From IMG/VR virus record IMGVR_UViG_2684622774_000013: DNA of 44,555 nt, one strand, 5' to 3'. Shown one piece after another: positions 1 to 9,795 of the stretch. Both the position numbers and the translations under genes were made by a program. The notes beneath the pieces are model-generated. The model was not told the origin of the DNA. It made no database searches and saw nothing but the letters and a program-made list of their open reading frames with translations. The DNA is from a virus. Taxonomy: Duplodnaviria > Heunggongvirae > Uroviricota > Caudoviricetes. Within the stretch, counting starts at the first letter, position 1; every line of letters begins with the position of its first letter.

Positions 1-1236
1 CTACGATAACCGCGCATTCAACATGGCTACCTGTTCGTCGTTCATGTCATCAATCCACATACCGTAAATTTCATACACCATCTGCGCAGTTTCATGCCCC
101 ATCTGGCTGGCTATAAACGCCGGGTTCGCTCCTGCCGTCAACAGCCAGCAGGCAAAAGTATGCCGCGTATGGTACGGATTACGGCGGCGAATACCAGCAC
201 GTTTTACTGCTGCATTCCATCTCGCACCCAAACTGCTTACCGAGTAATAAGGTTTCTGTTTTCCGTTACACACTCTGGGCATGAAAACAAAATGCAGTTT
301 TTGCTTTTCGGTTCTGCCGTACTCCCGATGATAAAAAGTGATTTCGCTTTTGCGATGATGCCCGGTCAGTTTGTATTGCTCCTTCAGTGCTTCAAGAGCA
401 GGCTGCAGTAGTGTTACCGTCCGGATCCCCGCATTTGTTTTTGGGGGACCGAACATATCCAGTATCGTCAGGTTTCTTCTGACATTCACAACTCCCTTCT
501 CGAAATCCACATCCTCCCACGCCAGAGCAGCCAGTTCCCCGTGACGAAGCCCGGAGTATACGGCAAATTTCCACAAGTTCTGGCTCTGTCCTTTTTCACT
601 TTCCATTAATGCATTGAATTCTGTTTTAGATAACGGGTCAGGCTTTATTCTGTTTCTCTGTAATTTCTTTACTCCTTCAAATGGTTTGGTTGATATAAAT
701 CCCGACTGATACGCAAAACGTAACAACGAACAGAGCAGGGCGATATAGTTATCAACTGTGCGCACGGTTCTTCCTTTTTTGTTGGATCTTGGATTATCCA
801 GGTAAAGCGTTTCTCCATGCAGCAGTTCATTCCGGTAGTTTAAGATATCGCTATAACGAATATGCGATATCGGAGTACTCTCACAAATTATTATCCTGAG
901 TGTTTTTAATTGTGATTTCGTTTTCTTCATTGTGTTTGTTGTTAACTCTGTTTCTTTAATTTTTGTCCAGATATCACAAAGCTCCCCGAACGTTTTTATG
1001 ACCCTCGTTGTCACCATTTTTGCCCCAGTGCTGGACTGGGGAAAACGTCTTAAATACTCAAACTCACCGGAATTGATTTCATGAACTATCAACGCTCTTA
1101 AATTCCCGGCTTTTTTAATGTTACTGTTAGTAACCTCCCAGCCTTTCAATGTTTCCCGACATCGTTTTCCTCGAAACATGAACCAGATGCGAATGTATTT
1201 ACCTCGAATCTCGACACCTGTTGGTAATTTAGACAT
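1..1236 (-). CDS. intR: Phage integrase, tyrosine recombinase (411 aa), Rac prophage type
   Basis: Full-length ORF from track. C-terminal catalytic region (HTRHTFACWLL...) is typical of lambda-family tyrosine integrases, and the sequence is recognisable as Rac IntR. Stop codon at 1-3. Confidence 0.93.
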   Translation of the reverse strand: MSKLPTGVEIRGKYIRIWFMFRGKRCRETLKGWEVTNSNIKKAGNLRALIVHEINSGEFEYLRRFPQSSTGAKMVTTRVIKTFGELCDIWTKIKETELTTNTMKKTKSQLKTLRIIICESTPISHIRYSDILNYRNELLHGETLYLDNPRSNKKGRTVRTVDNYIALLCSLLRFAYQSGFISTKPFEGVKKLQRNRIKPDPLSKTEFNALMESEKGQSQNLWKFAVYSGLRHGELAALAWEDVDFEKGVVNVRRNLTILDMFGPPKTNAGIRTVTLLQPALEALKEQYKLTGHHRKSEITFYHREYGRTEKQKLHFVFMPRVCNGKQKPYYSVSSLGARWNAAVKRAGIRRRNPYHTRHTFACWLLTAGANPAFIASQMGHETAQMVYEIYGMWIDDMNDEQVAMLNARLS

Positions 1237-1237
1237 A

Positions 1238-1453
1238 TCATGAGTCTTTGATAAACTGATTTATCTTTGGATAGTTATACCAGATAATCCCTCGCTTACT
1301 GTCTGGCTTCCCTAAAGGAGATACTCGTTTGAAGTGGAAGCCTTCCACCCAACAGTTCTGGCGGTATGCTTCAATTTGTCTGGCCCCCAGACCAGTGCGA
1401 AGCATCAGGCCGTATTCAACCATCCACTCTTCATTAAAGATTACTTGTGCCAT
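1238..1453 (-). CDS. xisR: Excisionase-like protein (71 aa)
   Basis: Small ORF directly upstream of int on the same strand. Chosen start is the internal ATG ([10 protein letters not shown]...) preceded by GAGGTGA. Position and size fit Rac ydaQ/xisR. Confidence 0.8.
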   Translation of the reverse strand: MAQVIFNEEWMVEYGLMLRTGLGARQIEAYRQNCWVEGFHFKRVSPLGKPDSKRGIIWYNYPKINQFIKDS

Positions 1454-1552
1454 CGCATCACCTCTGGCAGGCGCCAATGTTAGACTTAAATTGACGCCCG
1501 ATGTTGATTATTAATAATCAGCTATGAAGTTTTAATTTGAATACAATGCAAT

Positions 1553-1741
1553 TCACGAGGACTGAAGTTTCTCGCAATTAAAATTTATCAGTTTTACTTT
1601 CTGCTCTCTGGAAACGCCTGCTTCTTTTTTACCTGAGAGCATTTTTTCGCATTCTGATTTCGTTAGTTTAGATTTTGAATATCTTGTCCAGTTAGTAGGA
1701 GTGCCACCTTCCTTTTCAATAGTGGCGGTAATTTTATACAT
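1553..1741 (-). CDS. rcbA: Small Rac prophage protein (62 aa), YdaC/RcbA-like
   Basis: ORF in track. ATG chosen at MYKITATIEK, overlapping the ralR stop (ATGTATAA). Sits between xis and ralR as in Rac. Confidence 0.6.
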   Translation of the reverse strand: MYKITATIEKEGGTPTNWTRYSKSKLTKSECEKMLSGKKEAGVSREQKVKLINFNCEKLQSS

Positions 1742-1928
1742 GAACACCTCCATTATTATTTCCAGTGGTTCGTTTATTTCATCGTTCGAGTGCTTCTTTT
1801 TCACTTCCACCATAACCGGTTCGGGATTCGCATCCGTTACACTTCGCTCGGTAATATCCTGAAATGGCTTTCACCGTTACTGATGGACAACCACAAAATG
1901 GACATGGTTTAACATTGTCATATCTCAT
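1734..1928 (-). CDS. ralR: Restriction alleviation protein RalR (64 aa)
   Basis: Hand-translated; below the 60-aa cutoff of the ORF track. MRYDNVKPCPFCGCPSVTVKAISGYYRAKCNGCESRTGYGGSEKEALERWNKRTTGNNNGGVHV, with CxxC pairs and the expected position between rcbA and recT. Confidence 0.85.
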
Positions 1929-1983
1929 AATTTTTCTCATAAAAATATTTCAAGTTGGCGGTGCATTACACCGCCAGGCTGAA

Positions 1984-2793
1984 TTATTCCTCTGAATTAT
2001 CGATTACACTGTATTCCCCGGTTAATACAGAGGAATCTGCAGGATCGATTGTCAGTGGTTCCTTTTCATCCATTGATACTGCACGCTGGATCTCAATTGA
2101 TACGGGCAGATATTTGAACAGGCGACGAATAGCCGTTTTCTTTGCCATTTCTTCCCAGTGAGTTACCCACGGCCCGTTATTACCAGCTTTACTCTGGCTG
2201 CGCACCAGCTCAATCTGTTTGCGCGTCATAACTTCAAACTGAGTACCTCCGTCTTTCAGTCTTGCGACAGCATAGACGTGGGTAACAGGGGCATCTTCGT
2301 TTTCTCCTGGGCGGTGTATTAACTTTTCATCAAGGCCAAATTCGAAATTAAACTCGTCACCTTCACGGACAACACGGGCTGACAGGCTGGCGATTTGACC
2401 TGAACGGCGAGCCAGATCAATCATGCCGCGATAGCCAATGATTAGCTGAACGTTTTTTTTACCGCTCTTTTCGTTTTTATTACCAAAAGGCAGTAAATAT
2501 GCATGACCGAGGGCGCTACCGGGCTCAAGTCCGAGCTGTGAACACTGTACGATTGCACTGACAAAACTCATAGTGTCACAGTTTCCTAACGCCGGAACTT
2601 TACGAATTTCTGTGGTGGCGATACGGATCATACGTTCAGCCGTCATATGGCGTGGAAGAGCTGCTGCCAGTTGCTCTTTCATTGATGGCTGGTTAATAAA
2701 ACTAATCACGTCGTTATTTTTAATTGCTGCTGGTGCACGGTTTCCCTGAGTTTTTTGCAGATCGGCTTTTGCGATTGGTGGTTGCTTAGTCAT
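1984..2793 (-). CDS. recT: Recombinase RecT (ssDNA annealing protein, 269 aa)
   Basis: Translation from the internal ATG ([14 protein letters not shown]...) is recognisable as E. coli RecT. Overlaps the recE stop by 8 nt. Confidence 0.95.
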   Translation of the reverse strand: MTKQPPIAKADLQKTQGNRAPAAIKNNDVISFINQPSMKEQLAAALPRHMTAERMIRIATTEIRKVPALGNCDTMSFVSAIVQCSQLGLEPGSALGHAYLLPFGNKNEKSGKKNVQLIIGYRGMIDLARRSGQIASLSARVVREGDEFNFEFGLDEKLIHRPGENEDAPVTHVYAVARLKDGGTQFEVMTRKQIELVRSQSKAGNNGPWVTHWEEMAKKTAIRRLFKYLPVSIEIQRAVSMDEKEPLTIDPADSSVLTGEYSVIDNSEE

Positions 2794-5386
2794 TTGCATA
2801 TTCCTTAGCCCAGCGGGGCAGTGATAACGTCTTAATAGCTGGCCATTCATCGGTATTGAGGCAGTCAGCCAGGGTTCGCAGATTGCGGTGATATTCCAGC
2901 TGACCTGCCAGTTTTGCTTCTTCGCCCATCATGAAAATTTCAACCGGATAACGTCCGCATTCAATAGTTGTGCTGGCAACCAGAAAAACGAAAGTTGGCT
3001 GCACTCCAAACTGTGCTTCATAACCGTCACTGTAGAATGCATCCTGAACGTGATAGCGGTAGTCGTAATAAGCGGTTTTGAATCGTTGAATATCCGCCGT
3101 AGTTTTCACGTCCATGATCCAGTGAAATTCAGGGATAATTTTGTCCGGACGGCACCGACACAAAATTGCTGTTTCAGGATCTTCCCAGTAAATTGATGAT
3201 TCAGCGTGTCCGGCGCTTTCAACAAGCCATTGCCCCAGCGGCAAAGCCATAACGCTCTGATACATGAGTTCAATTTTCCGGCCTTCTTCGGCAGTGATAA
3301 CCGTTTTTCCTGTGCTTGCGCATTCCCTCAGAAACGCTTTCTCTTCTTCTTTTCCGGAGTTTGTCCGGCGGTTAAATTCAGGTGCTACGATAAAGCGGTT
3401 ACTGAATTCTTCCGGCTCAAGTACCCGGCAGTGGAAAGCGGTTCCTAAATCGAGCGTTTTTGTCTTTGTGGTGTCCACGGGGGCATTTTTACGCCACAAA
3501 TACAGTGCCGGAGTATCAGCAATGTCATCGAGCTGAGACTTACTGACACCGGGACCCGCGTGGTAATTCTCATTCGAAATTCCGTAATAAATACCTGGCT
3601 CTATGTCTTCTACGATTACGGGATCTGCGACTTCGCCAGTTTCATCACTGCAATCGCGATGCGGATCGCTGCCAGCATTCTCATTGTGCGGATGTTCAGC
3701 GCCTTCCATTTCCTCCGGATCATTTTCCTTAGCTTCAACCTGACTCTCTTCATCGAATGTTTCCTGGTATGTTGCGTCGCCCATCACCGCACCACAGTCA
3801 GGGCAGTTATCCCCGCCAGTCTGGCCGCAGGCATTGCAGGCTATTTCCGGTTCCTGTTGCACTACTGGCTCAGGTTGATTCATATCCGGGCTGGTTTTTT
3901 CCGTTTCTGGCTGGTTCTGGTACACACAATCGCGAGTCTGGATCCCCTTTACCCATTTCGGATCGTTCGGGTCGCTAATTCCGTCAACAAATTCACCACG
4001 TGATGCAGCAAGCAATTTATCGGCATCGACAGGATTTTTTGATGGAATGTTTTTCCGGGCTTCATGGAGTTCTGCCCGCAGTTCCTGATATTTCGCATCA
4101 ACAGAATTTACCTGTGACTGAGCATCCAGCGGCTGCGTGTCCTGATGATGTTCAGTTGCGTCCGGTTCCATTGTTTCAGCCTCTCCCTGTTCAACTGCCG
4201 TTGTTCCAGATGGTTGCGGTTTTTCTTCATCATCCTGTTTTCCTTCTTCTGTTACTCGCTGCGGCATCGGGGCAGAGGAGCGACCGCAGGCAATATCCAC
4301 GATTTCCGGATCAGGGTTGGCATGATCGGTTTCAGTCAGTACTTTGTTCAGATATTCAGTGACGTGCGCGGGGATGACCTCGATCCCAATTGGTGCTTCT
4401 TTTACGGACGCAACCACGATGGCGCGGGAATAATCCAGCCCGCCAGGCATGGTGATGAATTTGTCGCGGAAAACAGAAAAGGGCGGTTTATTTTCAGCGA
4501 TAATTTCCTCAATGCGTTTAGCGTGTGCCGGATGAAGGTTATAGATGTCCAGATCCATTGAACGGGCCAGTACGCCAGTGGCTACGTCCCGCGCCAGTGA
4601 CGTCAGATCGTGTACGAAACCTTCGCCGCGATCGGTGAGGTTTCCGCCGCCAGCATTAGCACCGGAAGCCGTGCGAGTGATGTGTGAAACACGATTACCC
4701 TTCATCCACTCTTTTGTCAGCAGTCCTCGATCGGTGTAGTCAGCGTTCAGGTATGCTTCGAAAAAAGCAGTTATCAGTCCCAGGTTTGAATTACCAGGAT
4801 TAGGGAAAACTTTGTCAGTGTCACGAACCAGTTTGTGGAGTTCGCGAATTTCCAGCGGGTCGAGCAGGCTGGTTTTGTGGGAAACAGCCAGGGCAGTAAC
4901 AGCCGGTAGTTCTTCAGCCCGAGCAATGTGTAATGCCTGGAGTCCGTCGCGTGAAACGTGCGTTACCGGTTTTTCGCTGCCGTGTTGAGCAAGCCAACGA
5001 ATGGGCAGTTCCTGGCCAGAAATTGGGAGTAGCATATTCTCCTCAATCTCAGTCATGTCTTCGCCGTTGACGTTGGTATTGCCTTGATAGTGAGCGTTGT
5101 CTGGTGCTGCTCCCGGTTTTAGTTCCCATGTCATGGAGTCTTTGCTGAGTTGATAGCGTTCACTCCAGGTAAAATCGATCTCACCTTCAGCGGGCAGGTC
5201 ATTAACGACAGGAAAATTCGTGGCAACAGCTTTAAAATAGCTGCTCAGTTTTTTACCTGACTTAACGATCAGGTAGTCCAGAGTGGCACAGGTCGATTCA
5301 AAATCGTTGCTTGCCCACAGGACGACGTCAGGTTCACCGGATGATTTTTTCGCTTTCCGTAACAGGAAGAGTGGTTTTGTGCTCAT
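2786..5386 (-). CDS. recE: Exonuclease VIII RecE (866 aa)
   Basis: Full-length 866-aa ORF recognisable as RecE (N-terminal [20 protein letters not shown]..., C-terminal nuclease domain). Confidence 0.95.
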   Translation of the reverse strand: MSTKPLFLLRKAKKSSGEPDVVLWASNDFESTCATLDYLIVKSGKKLSSYFKAVATNFPVVNDLPAEGEIDFTWSERYQLSKDSMTWELKPGAAPDNAHYQGNTNVNGEDMTEIEENMLLPISGQELPIRWLAQHGSEKPVTHVSRDGLQALHIARAEELPAVTALAVSHKTSLLDPLEIRELHKLVRDTDKVFPNPGNSNLGLITAFFEAYLNADYTDRGLLTKEWMKGNRVSHITRTASGANAGGGNLTDRGEGFVHDLTSLARDVATGVLARSMDLDIYNLHPAHAKRIEEIIAENKPPFSVFRDKFITMPGGLDYSRAIVVASVKEAPIGIEVIPAHVTEYLNKVLTETDHANPDPEIVDIACGRSSAPMPQRVTEEGKQDDEEKPQPSGTTAVEQGEAETMEPDATEHHQDTQPLDAQSQVNSVDAKYQELRAELHEARKNIPSKNPVDADKLLAASRGEFVDGISDPNDPKWVKGIQTRDCVYQNQPETEKTSPDMNQPEPVVQQEPEIACNACGQTGGDNCPDCGAVMGDATYQETFDEESQVEAKENDPEEMEGAEHPHNENAGSDPHRDCSDETGEVADPVIVEDIEPGIYYGISNENYHAGPGVSKSQLDDIADTPALYLWRKNAPVDTTKTKTLDLGTAFHCRVLEPEEFSNRFIVAPEFNRRTNSGKEEEKAFLRECASTGKTVITAEEGRKIELMYQSVMALPLGQWLVESAGHAESSIYWEDPETAILCRCRPDKIIPEFHWIMDVKTTADIQRFKTAYYDYRYHVQDAFYSDGYEAQFGVQPTFVFLVASTTIECGRYPVEIFMMGEEAKLAGQLEYHRNLRTLADCLNTDEWPAIKTLSLPRWAKEYAND

Positions 5387-5487
5387 TGTTTTTTAACCTC
5401 AACTCAGATTAAAATTCGTTTTGTTCAGTGAATGATCTTGCCGGATACACACTGTTCATAGCCTGCGCCATACGCAGGCTATTTCTT

Positions 5488-5763
5488 TCAGATTTCACCT
5501 TTTAATTTCATTGCAATTAGAGTTGCCAGAAATTCGGCTTTTTTTTCTGCGGGCAGATTCTTTCCGATATGCACCAGGCACATTTTTTTGACACCTTCAT
5601 CAAGTGTTTTTACGTTGCCTGATGGACCATCGATATCAACCACAGTGAATGGGGTTTCTTTATTTTCTGTTTTAATTACGTAGCCAATGCGCTTTCCTTC
5701 CAGATTCACCTCGTGAACAATGTCATCGGTAGTTACAACAGTGGCTTCATAATTGGTAATCAT
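5488..5763 (-). CDS. racC: Rac prophage protein RacC (91 aa)
   Basis: MITNYEATVVTTDDIVHEVNLEGKRIGYVIK... from the internal ATG of the track ORF. Sits upstream of recE as in Rac. Confidence 0.88.
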   Translation of the reverse strand: MITNYEATVVTTDDIVHEVNLEGKRIGYVIKTENKETPFTVVDIDGPSGNVKTLDEGVKKMCLVHIGKNLPAEKKAEFLATLIAMKLKGEI

Positions 5764-5837
5764 GTTTTTCTCCTTAATTAAGGTTGAGCGAATACCTGCC
5801 ATTTCTGGCATAAATTCAGTTTCGAATAGTCAATTAA

Positions 5838-6008
5838 TTAAAGTTCATGTGCCATCTGGTCTTTTTCGGCACAAGCTTCACTGCAATATTTTCTCGGTTC
5901 GTCTTTTGATAAAATCCCGTGCATGAAGTGAAGCATTCTTTCAATAGCTTTGCTTTCTTCAACGTCTTTTTTGCAAAGGTGGTAAGCACATTTTATTTTC
6001 TTAGTCAT
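5838..6008 (-). CDS. ydaE: Small Cys-rich protein YdaE (56 aa)
   Basis: Hand-translated; under the track cutoff. [56 protein letters not shown]. Its start codon overlaps the kilR stop (TGATG). Confidence 0.75.
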   Translation of the reverse strand: MTKKIKCAYHLCKKDVEESKAIERMLHFMHGILSKDEPRKYCSEACAEKDQMAHEL

Positions 6009-6229
6009 CACCATGACTCCGCCTTTACAGGTAAACCATCACGACCGAGGAAGACTTTAATCATGCGGTCAGTAATGCATGTTTTTGTGGTCAGGTTACG
6101 AATATATAGTTTTCGCTTTTTAATATTGTTTGCCGAGGCAATATATGTCCGGCCTTCATGAAGAACATAATCGCCAGGAGTCACACACTGACGTGGTATT
6201 TCATCAGTTCCGAAGTGATGTGCAATCAT
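6008..6229 (-). CDS. kilR: Cell-division inhibitor KilR (73 aa)
   Basis: [46 protein letters not shown]... is recognisable as Rac KilR. ATG is the fifth codon of the track ORF. Confidence 0.9.
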   Translation of the reverse strand: MIAHHFGTDEIPRQCVTPGDYVLHEGRTYIASANNIKKRKLYIRNLTTKTCITDRMIKVFLGRDGLPVKAESW

Positions 6230-6410
6230 AATTATCTCCATTTTTACAAATGAACTTTGTTGATGCGGTGCCTGGTGCCTCCAGGTGACTGCAACCAGTT
6301 AACAATTACAGTCGGCTTTCCCACCCAAACCAATAAGGACTAACATGACTTTTAACTGTGCCACGTGCGCTTAGCCGCATTCACCGCATCACAAAATTCA
6401 CTTTAAAAAG

Positions 6411-6452
6411 GGCGGACATCAGCCGAACTTCAAGAAAAAAACTGATGCCGCC
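6411..6452 (-). terminator. Candidate leftward intrinsic terminator or attenuator upstream of kilR
   Basis: Inverted repeat GGCGGACATCAG / CTGATGCCGCC (one bulge) with a 19-nt loop. On the minus strand the hairpin is followed by CTTTTTAAAG. Confidence 0.3.
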
Positions 6453-6670
6453 AGGACTACACACAGCAATGTCGTTATTTACAACCGGAGGCGCACTCCC
6501 ACCATTTAAATTTAACAGACAAGACCGACTCTTTATGGATATCGGAAATGCGCCTTCGTGTTGTGCCCGGTTTTATTTCACCACCTCCGGGCTTCGGTGG
6601 TCTCGGCTATACCCCTACAGCGAGAGCTTGTGTTAACATTTCAATACCCTTACAGTTGAGAGTTATTGAT

Positions 6671-7159
6671 ATGTTGGATGTATTTACTCCATTGTTGAAA
6701 CTTTTTGCTAACGAGCCACTCGAAATACTTATGTATACGATTATCATTTTTGGTCTCACTCTCTGGCTGATACCGAAAGAGTTTACTGTCGCATTCAATG
6801 CTTATACTGAAATACCTTGGCTCTTTCAGATTATCGTTTTTGCCTTTTCTTTCGTGGTCGCCATTTCCTTCTCAAGATTGCGAGCACATATTCAAAAGCA
6901 TTATTCATTACTACCAGAGCAACGAGTATTGCTTCGTTTATCTGAGAAAGAAATCGCTGTATTTAAAGATTTCCTTAAAACAGGAAATCTTATTATCACT
7001 TCTCCTTGCCGTAACCCGGTTATGAAAAAATTAGAACGGAAGGGCATCATTCAACATCAGAGTGATAGCGCAAACTGTTCTTATTATCTCGTCACCGAAA
7101 AATACTCCCATTTTATGAAGTTATTCTGGAACAGCAGGAGTAGACGTTTTAATCGTTAG
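6671..7159 (+). CDS. sieB: Superinfection exclusion protein B (162 aa, membrane protein)
   Basis: MLDVFTPLLKLFANEPLEILMYTIIIFGLTLWLIPKEF... has hydrophobic N-terminal segments and is recognisable as SieB. ATG at 6671 lies inside a longer track ORF. Confidence 0.85.
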   Translation: MLDVFTPLLKLFANEPLEILMYTIIIFGLTLWLIPKEFTVAFNAYTEIPWLFQIIVFAFSFVVAISFSRLRAHIQKHYSLLPEQRVLLRLSEKEIAVFKDFLKTGNLIITSPCRNPVMKKLERKGIIQHQSDSANCSYYLVTEKYSHFMKLFWNSRSRRFNR

Positions 7160-7321
7160 CTTACTGTGTGCTTCTCCAACCATCGGCGCGCACCAGTTTC
7201 GGTTTTAAATGTTTTGCTTTTGGTATACGTCATGGCAGTGAACGTTCCATCCTGGTTGGGGAACACGCCGCACACCAGGGATTCGTTGTTGCCGAGGTCG
7301 ATTTTTTGCATTTTGCGAATC

Positions 7322-7456
7322 TCACATCTTGTTGCTGTGTATAGCGACTTCTGCCTGCCAGAGATCCCAGTCGTTGCTGCGTAAAGCCTGCACAGCCTGG
7401 TTGTAAGTGATACCGCAACAATCCATCAAATACTGAACTACTTCGTAATGCACCAT
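7322..7456 (-). CDS. ydaF: Small Rac protein (44 aa), YdaF-like
   Basis: MVHYEVVQYLMDCCGITYNQAVQALRSNDWDLWQAEVAIHSNKM, with a strong SD (AAGGGGAGAG) 6-8 nt upstream of the ATG at 7456. Confidence 0.55.
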   Translation of the reverse strand: MVHYEVVQYLMDCCGITYNQAVQALRSNDWDLWQAEVAIHSNKM

Positions 7457-7647
7457 CTTATCTCTCCCCTTAACGCCGGGTGGCGGAACTGAAACCTGCT
7501 GCACTGCAAAATCTGAACCCTGCCGTCATGTTCATACGCCTCGGGCTGGCTACTTAACCCCTGACCACTGCCTGGTAACTCGAAGTATTGCCCTGCGTTC
7601 TGTGGGGCGGGGTGGGTTGGTAGGTATATAATGTACTTTGTGTTCAT
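7438..7647 (-). CDS. Hypothetical small protein (69 aa), possibly YdaG-like
   Basis: ORF from track in the position of Rac ydaG. No convincing SD; start lies just downstream of the operator-like repeats. Confidence 0.3.
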   Translation of the reverse strand: MNTKYIIYLPTHPAPQNAGQYFELPGSGQGLSSQPEAYEHDGRVQILQCSRFQFRHPALRGEIRWCITK

Positions 7648-7672
7648 TGATGTAAAGTACTATAAGTACATT
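7627..7672. promoter_or_regulatory. Operator-like repeat cluster (ATGTACT / AGTACT / AGTACAT) downstream of the repressor gene, OL-like
   Basis: ATGTACT at 7631-7637, palindromic AGTACT at 7656-7661 and the reverse complement AGTACAT at 7665-7671, embedded in TATAAT (7627-7632) and TATAGT-like elements. The same heptamer recurs in the repressor/cro intergenic region. Confidence 0.35.
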
Positions 7673-7746
7673 TTGTGTGTAAAAAAATGAGATGGGATAA
7701 AGTGAAGCACAAACCCGGAGGGGGACGCTACCGGATTTATGCTGGT

Positions 7747-8166
7747 TTAAGAGGCTTTTTGTTTTTTCTTTCGTGCTAGCTCTTCGTAAATTGCATTGTA
7801 CTTCTGTTTTTTCTCCTCAAGAGTTTTTAAAAGTTCATCTGTCTCACTGTCAGGGAGCTCGTCCAGAAGGTCAATGATGATTTTTTGTCTTGGATTTAAC
7901 TCCTGATAGAAACGTACCTGTCCACTTTCTTCTGTATCCTCTCCCAAAAGATAGGTTGGTGTTGTTCCAATGAGTGTTGCTAATTCCCTTAATTTCTCTC
8001 GGCGAGGAATTGTTTCGCCATTAAACCATTTGCTAACCGCTTTTGGTGTTAATTTCATTCGACGGGCAATTTCTGCCTGCCTTCCATGTTGTTCATAACC
8101 AGCGTTTTCACAGGCTAGCGCAAGCCTACTGGCGAACTCTTTACGCGCTTTATCTTCATGAACCAT
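7747..8166 (-). CDS. racR: Prophage repressor, CI-like HTH protein (139 aa), RacR-like
   Basis: HTH segment (GRQAEIARRMKLTPKAVSKWFNGE), divergent from a Cro-like gene, no peptidase S24 domain visible. The track ORF starts with GTG at 8184; the ATG at 8166 is preferred. Confidence 0.7.
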   Translation of the reverse strand: MVHEDKARKEFASRLALACENAGYEQHGRQAEIARRMKLTPKAVSKWFNGETIPRREKLRELATLIGTTPTYLLGEDTEESGQVRFYQELNPRQKIIIDLLDELPDSETDELLKTLEEKKQKYNAIYEELARKKKQKAS

Positions 8167-8245
8167 AAGTTCAATGATATTCACTCTTGAATGTACTGTC
8201 AGTTCTGTTATAGCATGTACTCAAAGTTCACATTGTGAGGGTGAT
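8167..8245. promoter_or_regulatory. Divergent promoter/operator region between repressor and cro-like gene, OR-like
   Basis: Two direct ATGTACT repeats (8191-8197, 8215-8221) spaced 24 bp. Plus-strand -35 TTGAAT (8187-8192) and -10 TATAGC (8209-8214). Minus-strand -35 CTGACA (8202-8197), 17-bp spacer, -10 TATCAT (8179-8174) ending about 7 nt from the racR ATG, suggesting a leaderless mRNA. Confidence 0.4.
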
Positions 8246-8500
8246 ATGAACCAGAAAACACTTGAAGATGTAATCAAAACTGTTCGCGTTTCTGTTGTGG
8301 CCGACGTTTGTGGTGTCAGCCAAAGAGCAATCTACAAATGGATGGATAACGGAAAATTGCCTCGCACAGAATATACCGGCGAAACAAATTACGCTGAAAA
8401 AATCGCTCATGCATCAAACGGATTATTTTCTGCTGATGTAATTTTAACTATTGGCAGAAATAAAACTACTACGAAAAAGCTGATGGGAGTTGATTCATGA
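8246..8500 (+). CDS. ydaS: Cro/CI-type HTH regulator (84 aa), YdaS-like
   Basis: MNQKTLEDVIKTVRVSVVADVCGVSQRAIYKWM... with an HTH motif and GAGGG SD. Divergent from the repressor gene. Confidence 0.7.
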   Translation: MNQKTLEDVIKTVRVSVVADVCGVSQRAIYKWMDNGKLPRTEYTGETNYAEKIAHASNGLFSADVILTIGRNKTTTKKLMGVDS

Positions 8501-8919
8501 AAATCAAGCATGAGCACATCGAGTCAGTGTTGTTAGCCCTGGCAGCCGAAAAAGGGCAGGCATGGGTAGCCAATGCCATTACTGAAGAATATCTGCGCCA
8601 GGGGGGCGGCGAATTGCCCCTGGTACCAGGCAAGGACTGGAATAATCAGCAGAATATCTATCACCGTTGGTTGAAAGGTGAAACGAAAACGCAAAGAGAA
8701 AAAATTCAGAAGCTGATCCCAGCAATTCTGGCAATCCTTCCGCGCGAGCTGCGTCACCGACTCTGCATCTTCGATACCCTGGAACGCCGTGCATTACTGG
8801 CGGCGCAGGAAGCGTTAAGTACGGCAATTGATGCGCATGATGATGCAGTCCAAGCCGTTTACCGGAAAGCGCATTTCAGCGGCGGCGGGTCTTCCGACGA
8901 TTCTGTCATTGTTCATTAA
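8497..8919 (+). CDS. ydaT: Rac prophage protein YdaT (140 aa)
   Basis: MKIKHEHIESVLLALAAEKGQAWVANAITEEYLRQGGGELPL... is recognisable as YdaT. Start overlaps the ydaS stop (ATGA). Confidence 0.75.
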   Translation: MKIKHEHIESVLLALAAEKGQAWVANAITEEYLRQGGGELPLVPGKDWNNQQNIYHRWLKGETKTQREKIQKLIPAILAILPRELRHRLCIFDTLERRALLAAQEALSTAIDAHDDAVQAVYRKAHFSGGGSSDDSVIVH

Positions 8920-8931
8920 GCAAAAGTTTCC

Positions 8932-9789
8932 ATGCTGTTTGTGCTTATTCTAAGCCACCGGGCAGCATCATACGGGGCAATTATGGCCGCATTACCATAC
9001 ATGCAACTGTACATAGCTGATTACCTGGCTGACACCATGCATTTGTCAGCAGAGGAGCATGGTGCGTATTTGTTGCTGATGTTCAATTACTGGCAAACAG
9101 GAAAGCCAATACCTAAAAACAGGCTGGCAAAAATTGCCCGTCTGACTAACGAGCGATGGGCTGATGTTGAACCATCCTTGCAGGAGTTTTTTTGCGATAA
9201 CGGCGAGGAATGGGTGCATCTTCGGATTGAGGAAGATCTGGCATCAGTCAGGGAAAAATTAACCAAAAAATCAGCCGCAGGAAAAGCATCTGTTCAGGCC
9301 AGAAGAAGCAGAAAGGAAGCAGATGTTCAAACAAAACAAGAGAGAAATTTAACAGGTGTTCAAACAGATGTTGAAGTGGTGTTTGAACATGATGTCAACA
9401 CAAAGGCAACTAATAAAGATACAGATAAAGATCTAAAAACAGATCCCCCCCTAAATCCCCCCCGGGGGAATCGAGGTGTCAAAAAGTTTGACCCTCTGGA
9501 TATTGCTTTGCCGAACTGGATTTCTGTCTCGCTTTGGCGTGAGTGGGTTGAATTTCGCCAGGCATTGCGAAAACCGATTCGAACGGAGCAGGGCGCTAAC
9601 GGGGCGATACGGGAGCTGGAAAAATTCCGCCAGCAGGGTTTTTCACCTGAGCAGGTGATTCGACACAGCATCGCCAATGAATACCAGGGCTTGTTCGCGC
9701 CGAAAGGTGTTCGACCTGAGACGTTACTCCGACAGGTTAACACCGTCTCGTTACCGGATAGTGCGATCCCGCCAGGCTTCAGGGGGTAA
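8932..9789 (+). CDS. ydaU: Replication-associated protein YdaU (DUF1376 family), 285 aa, or 268 aa from ATG 8983
   Basis: Track ORF; ...MAALPYMQLYIADYLADTMHLSAEEHGAYLLLMFNYWQTGKPIP... Precedes a DnaC-like gene. Confidence 0.75.
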   Translation: MLFVLILSHRAASYGAIMAALPYMQLYIADYLADTMHLSAEEHGAYLLLMFNYWQTGKPIPKNRLAKIARLTNERWADVEPSLQEFFCDNGEEWVHLRIEEDLASVREKLTKKSAAGKASVQARRSRKEADVQTKQERNLTGVQTDVEVVFEHDVNTKATNKDTDKDLKTDPPLNPPRGNRGVKKFDPLDIALPNWISVSLWREWVEFRQALRKPIRTEQGANGAIRELEKFRQQGFSPEQVIRHSIANEYQGLFAPKGVRPETLLRQVNTVSLPDSAIPPGFRG

Positions 9790-9795
9790 CTGACC

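Noticed and set aside
2888-4739. Several plus-strand ORFs of 64-147 aa
   Set aside because: All lie antisense within recE, whose full-length product is recognisable; low-complexity translations.
6358-6636. 92-aa plus-strand ORF upstream of sieB
   Set aside because: No SD, lies in the kilR-sieB regulatory region, and sieB has its own ATG at 6671.
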